Position numbers and translations under genes: made by a program
Notes under the pieces: model-generated
Seen by the model: the letters and a program-made list of their open reading frames with translations, nothing else
Told to the model about the DNA's origin: nothing
Database searches by the model: none
In this document: in pieces, positions 9,400 to 19,044 of the stretch
Layout: each line of letters begins with the position of its first letter
Numbering within the stretch: the first letter of the stretch is position 1
IMG/VR virus record: IMGVR_UViG_3300025120_014399
Location: 1-56,920 of that record
Strand: one strand, 5' to 3'
From: a virus
Lineage: Duplodnaviria; Caudoviricetes
DNA: 56,920 nt

Positions 9400-10242
9400 A
9401 TGTTAGAGCCATCGAGTGTTAATTGCGTCATCTATCATGCAGATTGTACAGACGGATTTGGATCAGCCTACTCGGCATGGAAGTTGCTAGGCAATAGAGC
9501 TGAGTATTATGCATGCAAGCATGGAACCAAGCCACCGAATGTTAAGGGAAAAAACGTTGTTATTTTAGATTTTTCTTTTGATAATAAAACCACAAAAAAA
9601 ATGATAAAAGATGCAAATGAATTATTAGTTATCGATCATCATAAATCAGCAGTCGTTGAATTACATGATATATCTAATACGATATTTGATATGAACAAAT
9701 CAGGAGCAACATTAACATGGGAATTCTTTCACCCGGGAAAAGAAGCACCAAAATTTATTCAGTATATAACAGATAGAGACTTGTGGAAATGGGAACTGCC
9801 CTATTCTAAAGAGTTTTCAGCTGCATTTGACATGGTACCCTTTGAATTTGAAGAATTTGAAAAATTTGAAGACGATAGTGTTTTTGATGATGCTGTAAAG
9901 CGTGGAAGTTATATACTTGCTTATTCTAAAACAGTCGTAAAGAAAGTTTGTGAAAAAGCTTCTTCTAGAAAGATGGATGGAAAAGACATAATGGTTGTAA
10001 ATGCTTCACACTGGATGAGCGAAATCGGGGCTAGACTAAGTCCTGATTGTGACTTTGCAATGATCTGGTATTACGATCATAATGATAAAATAATAAAAGT
10101 AAGTCTAAGAGCTTTTCATGATAGAATCGATGTCTCAGAAATTTCGAAAAAGTTTGGTGGCGGAGGCCACAGAAAAGCCGGCGGTTTTGTGCTTCCAGGC
10201 GATTATAATATTGAAGATCTTTTTGATAAGGCAAAAAAATGA
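9400..10242 (+). CDS. DHH/DHHA1 family phosphoesterase
   Basis: YHADCTDG, LDF, DHH, DRDLW, SLR, GGGH motifs. Confidence 0.85.
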   Translation: MLEPSSVNCVIYHADCTDGFGSAYSAWKLLGNRAEYYACKHGTKPPNVKGKNVVILDFSFDNKTTKKMIKDANELLVIDHHKSAVVELHDISNTIFDMNKSGATLTWEFFHPGKEAPKFIQYITDRDLWKWELPYSKEFSAAFDMVPFEFEEFEKFEDDSVFDDAVKRGSYILAYSKTVVKKVCEKASSRKMDGKDIMVVNASHWMSEIGARLSPDCDFAMIWYYDHNDKIIKVSLRAFHDRIDVSEISKKFGGGGHRKAGGFVLPGDYNIEDLFDKAKK

Positions 10243-10373
10243 AAAAACTCCCGTATATAAGATATTCAGCAAAATTTTTTGGAAAATTTGAAGTTGTAGT
10301 TAATAATAACCATGTCATACCATGTCATAATCTTGCTACTGCTAGATCAATAAAAAAAAGATATGCGAAATAG
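10239..10373 (+). CDS. small hypothetical protein (44 aa, not in ORF track)
   Basis: ATGA overlap with upstream stop; MKKLPYIRYSAKFFGKFEVVV... Confidence 0.4.
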   Translation: MKKLPYIRYSAKFFGKFEVVVNNNHVIPCHNLATARSIKKRYAK

Positions 10374-10413
10374 TATTAAAGAGCGAATTAATTCCCGAAA
10401 AAGAGGGCTTGAC

Positions 10414-10851
10414 ATGTCAATACAAAAAAAGATTATAAGGCCTGACTGGGATATCATATGGTCAGACTTTGCAGAAAATATTGCAAATCGCTCAGTTGAC
10501 TCTAAATATAAGGTGGGTGCTGTCGTGGTTAACGCTGAGAACACTCAAGTTCTTTCAATAGGTTATAATGGTGATCAAAAGGGTGGGCCTAACAGAAGAC
10601 AATCTCAAGAAACAGGTAAATCAGGATTCATACACGCAGAGATAAACGCACTTATTAAAATGGATTATAATAATCCGTGCGATAAAAAAATGTATCTTAC
10701 ATTATCACCATGCGAAGTTTGTGCAAAAGCTATAGTTAATGCTGATATTAAAGAAGTAATATTTAATGAATTATATGGAGATGGTTGCCCAGGCATTGAT
10801 ATACTTATAGACGCTGGGATAAAAGTAAGAAAGCATAAGGAGGACATGTGA
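10414..10851 (+). CDS. dCMP deaminase
   Basis: VGAVVV, GYNG, HAEINA, SPCEVC zinc motifs; start at 10414 preferred (GAGGG RBS). Confidence 0.88.
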   Translation: MSIQKKIIRPDWDIIWSDFAENIANRSVDSKYKVGAVVVNAENTQVLSIGYNGDQKGGPNRRQSQETGKSGFIHAEINALIKMDYNNPCDKKMYLTLSPCEVCAKAIVNADIKEVIFNELYGDGCPGIDILIDAGIKVRKHKEDM

Positions 10852-11105
10852 GTTTAAAAAAAGTTTTACACAAGCTTCTTTTAGAAAAAGGTGCAAAAAA
10901 GGCTAGTAGCAACAATATGTATTTTTTTCTTTCGCCTACTACATGCATAGTAGACAAAAAAGGCTATAAATATACAATTAGTAAAGTTACATTAGAACCC
11001 GAAGTATTAATTCAATGTTACAGATCAGAACTAGACCCGGATCAAGGCGATAAATTTATTACAATTACAGCAAAAGAATTTGATGATTATTATAGGTTGG
11101 CATAA
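10848..11105 (+). CDS. hypothetical protein with basic N-terminal tag-like helix
   Basis: MSLKKVLHKLLLE; GTGA overlap. Confidence 0.55.
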   Translation: MSLKKVLHKLLLEKGAKKASSNNMYFFLSPTTCIVDKKGYKYTISKVTLEPEVLIQCYRSELDPDQGDKFITITAKEFDDYYRLA

Positions 11106-11779
11106 TGAATATATTTGACAAAGAAATTAAAAAAGCTATTAAGGATACTATGAGACTAGACGAATCTTTAGTTGCCCAACAAAAGAAATTTGACATTAGA
11201 ACAGACTTTTTAAGTGATTCAAATATTGGTAATCATATAGAGCTTTATGAGACTTATATTAAAGACTTTAATTTAATAAGCGCAAAATTAGATTCTATAG
11301 ACAAAAAAGAAGTTTCATCAAACCACTCTGATTTTAAAAATTTAAAGCATGATGAAACATACAATTTAAATGCTGCGTATCTTCATGAACTTTACTTCTC
11401 AAATATTGGGGATCCAAATTCTCAAATAACAATGGATTCTTTGTCTTACATGCGATTAGCGCGGGATTTTGGTAGTTTTGATAATTGGCAAAATGATTTT
11501 ATTGCATGCTGCCAGAGTTCAAGATGTGGATGGGCAATCACATATTTAAATACATACACACAGACTTTAATGAATTGCGTAATTGATCTCCATTCTCAAA
11601 ATGTACCTACGGGAATGTATCCTGTTATTGTTATGGACTTATGGCAACATGCGTATTATAAAGATTATCTTAAAGATGCTAAAACATATGTTAACGCAAT
11701 GATGAAGCAGTTTAGATGGCCAGTTATTGAAAAAAGAATTATTAAATCAGACAAAATTGCACAGATATTAAGAGGTTAA
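11105..11779 (+). CDS. Fe/Mn superoxide dismutase-like protein with N-terminal extension
   Basis: HELYFSN, RDFGSFDNW, GWA, DLWQHAYY; first His cluster reduced. Confidence 0.8.
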   Translation: MNIFDKEIKKAIKDTMRLDESLVAQQKKFDIRTDFLSDSNIGNHIELYETYIKDFNLISAKLDSIDKKEVSSNHSDFKNLKHDETYNLNAAYLHELYFSNIGDPNSQITMDSLSYMRLARDFGSFDNWQNDFIACCQSSRCGWAITYLNTYTQTLMNCVIDLHSQNVPTGMYPVIVMDLWQHAYYKDYLKDAKTYVNAMMKQFRWPVIEKRIIKSDKIAQILRG

Positions 11780-11780
11780 T

Positions 11781-12416
11781 ATGAAAAGAAAAATATACAA
11801 TTTGCTTTTTGAAGCAGAAGACAATATTGATTCTCCTGAATCTAGTATGATAATGACTTCAACAAAAATGAAAGCACGAAAAGCGCTAGATAGCGTTGAT
11901 GATCAAATCGATGCACTGATCTTAAGATACGAAGCTTCATCGATAAGAGAAGAGGAAGAAGAACGAGCAATTGCTAGCCTGAGTGAAAGATCACTAAGCT
12001 TTCTAGTAGAGCAAGAAGAAGAACCTATCGATGAGCCTGTTGATGATACAGGGGGCGGTGATGAAGCTGTACCTGAAGAAGCACCAGAGCCATCCGGTAG
12101 CGAAAAAATGGAAGTAGACGCCCCGGCTGAAGATCAGCAAATTCCTGATCTAGATCTAGACGCATTTGCAGCAAGAACTGTTAGATTGATAAACAATCAT
12201 AGAAGCCTACTCAGAATGGAAGAAGCTATTGGTAATAGAATTAAACATTTTTTAGACGAAAATTATGGTGATAAATTTGTACAAAGATATCTTGAAATTT
12301 TAGATAATCAGTACGGCTTGTCTTTTGATCAATTCGAAGATACAAGAGGCATAAAAGACGAGCCTTTTGCGACAGGTGCTTTTGCAGGTGGTACGGGTGG
12401 CCTAGGCGGTGCTTAA
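11781..12416 (+). CDS. acidic hypothetical protein, possible head/scaffold protein
   Basis: MKRKIYNLLFE, repeated LxE sites, DSVDDQID, E/D/P-rich linker. Confidence 0.6.
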   Translation: MKRKIYNLLFEAEDNIDSPESSMIMTSTKMKARKALDSVDDQIDALILRYEASSIREEEEERAIASLSERSLSFLVEQEEEPIDEPVDDTGGGDEAVPEEAPEPSGSEKMEVDAPAEDQQIPDLDLDAFAARTVRLINNHRSLLRMEEAIGNRIKHFLDENYGDKFVQRYLEILDNQYGLSFDQFEDTRGIKDEPFATGAFAGGTGGLGGA

Positions 12417-12681
12417 AAATAAAAAGTCGATACATATAAACATAGATCCGGATGATCATGCAAATTTTAAAGTTCAATGTGTCAAAAGAGATCTTTCAAT
12501 GCAAGAGGTATTTGCTGCATTCGCAAAAAGAGTGGGTATGGAATCTTCAGACATGATGAGATTCCTAGACCAGATTGCAAATAACAAGTCAGTTAATTCA
12601 GTTAAAAAGAAATATACTAAGTCTGATATTGATTCAATTTTTAGTATCATACAAGAAGATAATAGTACAGAAGACAGATAG
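12409..12681 (+). CDS. possible ribbon-helix-helix DNA-binding protein
   Basis: KKSIHINID beta-strand followed by helices HANFKVQC...LSMQEVF. Confidence 0.5.
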   Translation: MLKNKKSIHINIDPDDHANFKVQCVKRDLSMQEVFAAFAKRVGMESSDMMRFLDQIANNKSVNSVKKKYTKSDIDSIFSIIQEDNSTEDR

Positions 12682-12685
12682 TTAT
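12678..12685 (+). promoter_or_regulatory. candidate late promoter motif ATAGTTAT
   Basis: Same octamer recurs at 15309, 43535 and 49580 ahead of tagged genes. Confidence 0.4.
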
Positions 12686-12706
12686 CAATATATAGAATAG
12701 GAGACT

Positions 12707-12979
12707 ATGATGTCAATTGAAGAAATTAAAAATGCTGTAAAAAATTTGCCTGACGAAAAAGTGGACCAACTTAAAAAAGATTTGTATCTTACTAGTAAAT
12801 CAAAAGGTGTTTTAGACGCAATACAAGAAAGAGTAGTTTCTAGAAAGCTTTTAGTTTTTGGTGCTTCAACAGCTCTATTTATGTGGTTTGGCTTAGATGC
12901 TGATACCTGGGGCATGATTGCAATGTGCTATATCAGCGGTCAATCAGCAATAGACTTTGCAAAGACTTGGAAAGGATAA
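12707..12979 (+). CDS. putative holin-like membrane protein
   Basis: SRKLLV followed by two short hydrophobic segments and a YISGQSAID tail. Confidence 0.5.
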   Translation: MMSIEEIKNAVKNLPDEKVDQLKKDLYLTSKSKGVLDAIQERVVSRKLLVFGASTALFMWFGLDADTWGMIAMCYISGQSAIDFAKTWKG

Positions 12980-12983
12980 ACAA

Positions 12984-13397
12984 ATGAAATTAAATAGAAA
13001 TAAATTAAAAAAAATGATTAAAGAATCAGTGCAAAAAATTATTGCTGAATCTGAAATGCAAAAAATGCTAGGCTTGGGTCATCAATTTAGCAATGCTGAG
13101 CTTTATAATGCTGCGATGAATATGCTAAGGCAATATCCAGGCATTAGCGAACATTCAATAGAAGGCGAAATGTTAGAAAAAGCAATAAGAAATAGAATGG
13201 TAAGAGATCAAATAGGCATAAAGAATCCAGACTATGAGAATTTTAGCATGATACTAAACGTCTTGGACAAGGATCGCATGCGAAGAATGAGTTATAGACG
13301 TGGAATTGAAGATGAAATGCGCGATGCTGATCCTACTGGGAGAGAACAAAGGTATGGTGCCATGGCCAGATCAGGCAACACTATAAGACGATTTTAA
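12984..13397 (+). CDS. tagged hypothetical protein (putative internal head protein)
   Basis: ATG 12984: MKLNRNKLKKMIKESVQKIIAE. Confidence 0.65.
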   Translation: MKLNRNKLKKMIKESVQKIIAESEMQKMLGLGHQFSNAELYNAAMNMLRQYPGISEHSIEGEMLEKAIRNRMVRDQIGIKNPDYENFSMILNVLDKDRMRRMSYRRGIEDEMRDADPTGREQRYGAMARSGNTIRRF

Positions 13398-13411
13398 GGA
13401 AATGTATCAAA

Positions 13412-13930
13412 ATGAACATATCAAGAAAACAATTAAGACAGATAATCAAAGAAGCTATAGGCGATGCCGACGGTGATGGAACTTCTGACAAAGAAGAGCT
13501 TATAGCAATTGCATCAAACATTAGCGCAGATAATGCACCATCACATGACGCATCGTGGAAGGAATTGCATGCTTTCTTTAACAAAGATTACTTAAGGAAA
13601 AGTAAAGAAGCCAATCAAAAATATCAAAAATGGCACAATAGAGATCGAACACAAGGTAAATATGGTTGGAATATTTCTAAAGAATGGGAAGATCTACTTA
13701 CTTTAATAGATACCAACAATGTACAGCTTGAATTAGAAGATTTAGGAAGTCTTAAAAACTACATGAACGAATTTTTACCAATACAGAAACTTATCACACA
13801 CAAAATTTTAAAATCACCAGAAGAATCCTCTGTTAGAAAAGCTGGGTATTCTTATCTACGACGCATGACCGGTGCTTCAGATCGACATGCTTCAAAAATG
13901 AGCTCAGGCTATTACGGCAAACTCGACTAA
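13412..13930 (+). CDS. tagged hypothetical protein (putative internal head protein)
   Basis: MNISRKQLRQIIKE. Confidence 0.65.
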   Translation: MNISRKQLRQIIKEAIGDADGDGTSDKEELIAIASNISADNAPSHDASWKELHAFFNKDYLRKSKEANQKYQKWHNRDRTQGKYGWNISKEWEDLLTLIDTNNVQLELEDLGSLKNYMNEFLPIQKLITHKILKSPEESSVRKAGYSYLRRMTGASDRHASKMSSGYYGKLD

Positions 13931-13940
13931 TAAGGACTTT

Positions 13941-14327
13941 ATGACTTTAAGTACAATTAAAATATTTTTTAAGAAATTGTCAGTTTGGTGTATTCAGCAC
14001 TGGCGCTGGCTAGTATTTGGATTAATAGCTTTAATTGCATACCTTTCTGGTAGAAAAAATGCAAAAAATCTATGGCAACAAGCAGAGATAGCGAGGAAAC
14101 ATTACAAGGCAGAAGCTGCAGCAATTGAAAAAGCACACGCTGAAAAAAATAAAAAAATCAAACTAGCAGTACGTGAAGCTGACAAAGTAGTTGTTAAAGC
14201 TGAAAAAGAAAAGACAGTTTTGATTGATAGACTAGAAAAAGAAAAAGAAAAAGTGTTTAAAGAATTATTAAAAGATCAAAGCAAAATAGATCAGTCACTA
14301 AAAGAGTCAGGAATAAACGAGGTATAA
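13941..14327 (+). CDS. membrane-anchored coiled-coil protein, i-spanin-like
   Basis: N-terminal TM (WLVFGLIALIAYLSG) followed by a long K/E/A-rich helix. Confidence 0.5.
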   Translation: MTLSTIKIFFKKLSVWCIQHWRWLVFGLIALIAYLSGRKNAKNLWQQAEIARKHYKAEAAAIEKAHAEKNKKIKLAVREADKVVVKAEKEKTVLIDRLEKEKEKVFKELLKDQSKIDQSLKESGINEV

Positions 14328-14328
14328 A

Positions 14329-14841
14329 ATGAATAGAAACGACTTGAAAGAATATTATAGAAATCTTAAAAGAGGCCACCAAGCTGCATTTGTCAGCAAA
14401 CAAAGTAGCAAAAGACTTCTTAAGGAAACAAGAGACGTCACAATACAGGAAATTGAAGATGCAGCATATGAATTGCAAACCAGCGATCCAAGCAGAATTG
14501 CAACATATCTAGGCGCACATGAAGATGAAGTTGCTTTATTGATAAAGGACAACGTTGATGCCATGTCTCCAGATCATGATCAGCAGCTTAATATTGGAAT
14601 GTTTTCAAATGAAAACCCACTAGCCGGAGGCGGTTTAGGAAGAGGTCAAGCACTTGCTGAAGAAAATTTAAAAAATGCATTAGCTGATCTTTATCAAGAA
14701 GTTATTGATGCTGAAGAAGATGAAATAGATCCTGCTGATTATAGCTTTGGATCATCAATGGATATGATGGGCAACGCAAATTTTGAAGCTTCTAGATTGA
14801 TCAGATCTATTGTTGAAAACTTTCTTGAAGGCAAAATCTAG
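14329..14841 (+). CDS. hypothetical protein with tag-like segments at both ends
   Basis: SKRLLKE near N-terminus; FEASRLIRSIVENFLE at C-terminus. Confidence 0.6.
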   Translation: MNRNDLKEYYRNLKRGHQAAFVSKQSSKRLLKETRDVTIQEIEDAAYELQTSDPSRIATYLGAHEDEVALLIKDNVDAMSPDHDQQLNIGMFSNENPLAGGGLGRGQALAEENLKNALADLYQEVIDAEEDEIDPADYSFGSSMDMMGNANFEASRLIRSIVENFLEGKI

Positions 14842-14890
14842 ATTTTATATTAGCTTTTTGTAAAGTATAATAAGCCAAACAGGAGAAATT

Positions 14891-15292
14891 ATGTTTTGCT
14901 TATTTTTTTTAGTGTCATCATCAATAGCTGCAGATCCACAATTTACCAAGCTTAAAAAAGGTGAAGCAGCGCCTTGGGATGGAAGGCTTTTTAATGATGA
15001 AGCAGTAGCAAAATTTATAGTTGAAGACAGACTAAAGGTTGATCAATGCGATATCCAAACTAGTTATTTTTTAAAAGTCCAGAAAGCTGAGATCGATCTG
15101 GCTTACAAAAAAGACCTAATCGATCTCAACACTAGCGTCGCAATACTGGAGCAAAAAGTGTCGCTGCGTAATGATAGAATCATAGAATTAGAAAGCCTTA
15201 AAACACCACCTAACCCGCTTTGGTATACAACCGCGGGCTTTCTGCTGGGTTCTGCAGTAACAATTGCAATAACTTATTCAGTAAATCAGTAG
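14891..15292 (+). CDS. exported coiled-coil protein with C-terminal TM, possible spanin partner
   Basis: Signal peptide (FFLVSSSIA-A), coiled coil, PLWYTTAGFLLGSAVTIAITY; AGGAG RBS. Confidence 0.5.
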   Translation: MFCLFFLVSSSIAADPQFTKLKKGEAAPWDGRLFNDEAVAKFIVEDRLKVDQCDIQTSYFLKVQKAEIDLAYKKDLIDLNTSVAILEQKVSLRNDRIIELESLKTPPNPLWYTTAGFLLGSAVTIAITYSVNQ

Positions 15293-15308
15293 TTTGTTTA
15301 TTTTGAGC

Positions 15309-15316
15309 ATAGTTAT
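15309..15316 (+). promoter_or_regulatory. candidate late promoter motif ATAGTTAT
   Basis: Intergenic, about 25 bp before the GTG start at 15341. Confidence 0.45.
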
Positions 15317-15340
15317 ATATAAAAGTTTCAGGAGTTATCA

Positions 15341-18271
15341 GTGAAAGTCGTTGTCAAAAAAAATGTACTCTTTAATCTTCTAAAAGCTTCACTTAGTGAA
15401 TCACGCTCCGGTCATTCAGACTTTTATAGTGATGGTAGCTTTTTAGGTAGATTTGAAGAGAAAGAAGAAGAAATAGATTATTTAAATAGTGACGTTCCAC
15501 TGCGGGCTAGCCCGACGTCTTCAACCCAACTGCATATGAAAAATTTTGATGTTTCGGATCCGGAATATTTGCCGGCATCTAAATCCGGATTTCTAGCTGC
15601 TGCAGCTGCTATATTAGAGCATGTTCCAGACAGTCAAATAGAATTTGCATATGAAAGATTACACAAGCTTCTAGATACTATCATAGAAAAAGAAGATGAA
15701 AGAAACTATGGATCGTTAAAAGAAACTTTTAAAAGATTGTTTTTAAATGAATCTAGGGAATATTATTTAAAAAATGCTGCAAAAAAAGTTAGAATGGGTG
15801 AAGATGCTATTGGTATCGCTCAAGATATGATAGACATGTATGCTGAATTTGAAAACGAAGATGCTTTTGAACTAGGGCGAACAATTGAAGACATATCATA
15901 CGCAGACGCAGGATTCGACATGACACAAGCAACAACACCGGCACCGGTGCTACCTGCTGACAATGTAAGAACTGTTGCCTCACGAAGGCCTCGTCGTGTA
16001 ATAACAAAAAAACAATCTGTTCCTGAACAAAAACCCGATCTAGAATATTCTGCTGAATCCCCTACATCTTGGGATGACTATACTTCAAACGACATCACTG
16101 GAGCCGATGGCCGTGCACTAGCTGCAGCAACAAGTAAAGAGGAGTTTGTGTTAGGGTACAATGATGCATCAAAAGATACTACTTCACCAAAAAAAGACAA
16201 AAGAGACATGTCGGGTATGAATCCTGACTACATAGACGGGTATGAACGTGGTTATAAAGAATTCTCCGGTGAAGTAAAGCCATATAGCTTTGAATCAGAA
16301 TCTAGACCTAACCCTAGGGATCTATTAAAACAGCAAGAAGCATCAATAAAAATTAGTAGAGCTAATTTTGGAGATCCTGACTTACCCGCTGTTTTAAAAT
16401 TAATTCCTGAATTATACTTGATTATAAAAGAAATAGGTTTTAAGTTAGAAGTTGATAGATACAACCTTATGATGTCAGGCGATTCTGTGAAACAGGCAGA
16501 TGCTAATATTAGACAAGTATACAATATTAGTCATTTAGAAAGCTTCATATACTGGAATATGATGAAAGCATATTTCAATAAGGATTACGCTTTAAGGAGT
16601 TTTAATAAACACTTTAATGTTATAATGAGTAGTAAGTATGTAACAAACGAAACAAGAATATTTAAAAAAGGATTCTCGCAAGCTTTAAAGACGGACGGTC
16701 TAGATGAAGAACAAGGTATAGAGCTTTTATCACAAAATTTTGTTGCAAAGATTTTAGATGATGTGTCAAGCTACAACTATGAACCTGACAAAGATAAGCA
16801 TTTAAAAATGACACTAAGGAACACATTTTCAACTTTAGTATCTTATTTTCAATCTGGCAAGGGTGTAGATCAAAAAAGTGCAGAAGGAACTAAAAATTAT
16901 CAAGCAAACAATTCTTTTACGTTTGCTAACAATGTTAAAGAAGAATACAGGGAAGATATTATTTCTGATTTTTTAGACGCATTAACAGAAAAATATTTAG
17001 TAAATAATGTATATAAGGTCAAGTCAGGAAGAAAACTACCTAACAATCCAAAGAAAAACGAATATTATGAATACGATCCAATTGAAGTCAATAAAAAAGC
17101 AACGACATATGCTAATGATATTATTGATGATTCATTAAAGGCTCAGGCTGATGGAACGACAGTTGATATATTTAGCGATGAAAAACAAGAAAATGAAGGT
17201 ATACTGGACAACGAAGATTCACCGGACGAAATGACAGATGAAGAGATATCTCAAAAACTTTCAAATACTAGTGATTTTCAGACATTAGCACCGTTCTTTG
17301 GATTTAGCGGAGCTCCAGGCATGAGACAGTGGTTTTTAAAGTTTGCAAAAAGATTTTTTGAAATGGGTATTATTTCAGCAAAATCAGGAGATAGAACACT
17401 TATTAAATTTCACAGTCAAATGGTCGAAGCTGTCCTAGAAACATTAAATGAAAATCTTCCTGAATTAGCAAACTTAATGTTAGACGAAATAAAAGACGTA
17501 TCTAAAGAAACACAAGACTTTGATGAGCAATCCAGGCTTTTGCTTGTTAATGTTTTACTCACTTGCGCAAAACAAATCGATGAAGCATTTCAAACATTTC
17601 TAGACACTGGTGATGAGCTTCATTCGACAATGGTGTCAGGAAAATCTAAAAATGGTGAAGTACAACCAATTCCTTTTTTAGACTCTTTAGGCGGACAATT
17701 AACCAGATCAGTTAACGGTATGTTTTTTAAGAAAGTATTGACTAGATTGGACCGGTCATGGACAGACTATGTAGCTGAGCAGCTGCAAACAAATAAACAA
17801 TTTATAAACTACATAGCTGACAATATTTCTAATTCCGCAAATATTGACGTAAAGGCAGCAAAATCAGTTGCTGAATACTTTATTGGTAAAAAAAATGCAC
17901 CTACAATTTTAACAAACAGGGTTGGGACAAAAACAGAAAGGGTTTATAAAACAGCAGCTAAAGGAAATCCATCAAAAGGTGTTAAGACATTAATGAAGTA
18001 CGGTATTGATGCTGATGCGTATCACATAATAAACATCGAAGCACAAGATTGGTTTGAGGATATGCTAATGACAGACTTTGCAAAAGTACTGGCAGATGGG
18101 GAAGTTTTTAAAGGACAGTACAGAGAGTTGATTGAAAAAGATTACGCAAAACTAAGCAAAAACATTAAGTCATTTAAAACCGTTGTATTGACGGCTTTGC
18201 AAGATGTCATCGTCGGATCAGAAGAAAGAATGGCAATGGATCAGCTAAAAGATTATGAGGTGGAAAGTTAA
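15341..18271 (+). CDS. large hypothetical protein (976 aa), possibly virion-associated
   Basis: MKVVVKKNVLFNLLKASLSE tag-like start; internal LKETFKRLFLNE; AGGAG RBS. Confidence 0.7.
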   Translation: MKVVVKKNVLFNLLKASLSESRSGHSDFYSDGSFLGRFEEKEEEIDYLNSDVPLRASPTSSTQLHMKNFDVSDPEYLPASKSGFLAAAAAILEHVPDSQIEFAYERLHKLLDTIIEKEDERNYGSLKETFKRLFLNESREYYLKNAAKKVRMGEDAIGIAQDMIDMYAEFENEDAFELGRTIEDISYADAGFDMTQATTPAPVLPADNVRTVASRRPRRVITKKQSVPEQKPDLEYSAESPTSWDDYTSNDITGADGRALAAATSKEEFVLGYNDASKDTTSPKKDKRDMSGMNPDYIDGYERGYKEFSGEVKPYSFESESRPNPRDLLKQQEASIKISRANFGDPDLPAVLKLIPELYLIIKEIGFKLEVDRYNLMMSGDSVKQADANIRQVYNISHLESFIYWNMMKAYFNKDYALRSFNKHFNVIMSSKYVTNETRIFKKGFSQALKTDGLDEEQGIELLSQNFVAKILDDVSSYNYEPDKDKHLKMTLRNTFSTLVSYFQSGKGVDQKSAEGTKNYQANNSFTFANNVKEEYREDIISDFLDALTEKYLVNNVYKVKSGRKLPNNPKKNEYYEYDPIEVNKKATTYANDIIDDSLKAQADGTTVDIFSDEKQENEGILDNEDSPDEMTDEEISQKLSNTSDFQTLAPFFGFSGAPGMRQWFLKFAKRFFEMGIISAKSGDRTLIKFHSQMVEAVLETLNENLPELANLMLDEIKDVSKETQDFDEQSRLLLVNVLLTCAKQIDEAFQTFLDTGDELHSTMVSGKSKNGEVQPIPFLDSLGGQLTRSVNGMFFKKVLTRLDRSWTDYVAEQLQTNKQFINYIADNISNSANIDVKAAKSVAEYFIGKKNAPTILTNRVGTKTERVYKTAAKGNPSKGVKTLMKYGIDADAYHIINIEAQDWFEDMLMTDFAKVLADGEVFKGQYRELIEKDYAKLSKNIKSFKTVVLTALQDVIVGSEERMAMDQLKDYEVES

Positions 18272-18681
18272 TGCTAACATCATCTATTTTAAATAGTATT
18301 CTTGGAAAAAACACTTTAAAAGAATCAATCGATATTTACCAAAATGAAGCTTTTGATCAATTAGACTTTATTAATAGACAGATGAAGTTTAGTGACGTAC
18401 CCGTAGAAGCAAAAGAGTCTAGCTGGACTGAATTTGATCACGGAGCCTACACAGCAATTGAAAAACTATATACAATGAAAGACAATGATCATTTAATATA
18501 TTTTATAAACGAAATATTAAAAGAAAGCCAAAGAATTAATCACCACCCTAAAATCATGATCGATCACATGAACGTTGATATATCACTATATACAAAAGAC
18601 ATTAATGATGTGACTGAGTCTGATATTAAATTGTCAAGAATAATTGACGAAGTCTATAATGATATATTTTTTATTGAGTAA
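18271..18681 (+). CDS. pterin-4-alpha-carbinolamine dehydratase-like protein with N-terminal extension
   Basis: FINEI...INHHPKI...YTKDINDVTESDIKLS. Confidence 0.75.
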   Translation: MLTSSILNSILGKNTLKESIDIYQNEAFDQLDFINRQMKFSDVPVEAKESSWTEFDHGAYTAIEKLYTMKDNDHLIYFINEILKESQRINHHPKIMIDHMNVDISLYTKDINDVTESDIKLSRIIDEVYNDIFFIE

Positions 18682-18684
18682 CTG

Positions 18685-19044
18685 ATGGCATTTTTTGTAA
18701 GCAAAGACTTGGAAGGCAGAGTAGATGAAAATAGTTTAATACCAAATTCTTCAGTAGAAAGAATATCAAAAGAATTTGTTTTACAAGTAGACGAAGTAGA
18801 ATTTCAAATAATAGAAATAAAATTTTTTAATAATGATATATTTGACTATGCTGAAATAGAATGTGAATGTAATATTTATGCTGTTGATTATTTAGCTTTT
18901 TCTAAAGAAAGCGGAAAAATATATTTTAAAAATAACACAATAGAAATAAGTGATTTGCAAATTATTAAAATTTTAAAAAAAGATAATGATATTTATAGTA
19001 TAAGAGTAAATGGATCTATTCCAAGAGGAAAAATCAATGTTTAA
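18685..19044 (+). CDS. hypothetical protein
   Basis: ORF packed in operon. Confidence 0.55.
   Translation: MAFFVSKDLEGRVDENSLIPNSSVERISKEFVLQVDEVEFQIIEIKFFNNDIFDYAEIECECNIYAVDYLAFSKESGKIYFKNNTIEISDLQIIKILKKDNDIYSIRVNGSIPRGKINV

Noticed and set aside
10309-10329. 10-bp tandem repeat ACCATGTCAT x2
   Set aside because: Short, isolated and inside a small ORF; no evidence of function.
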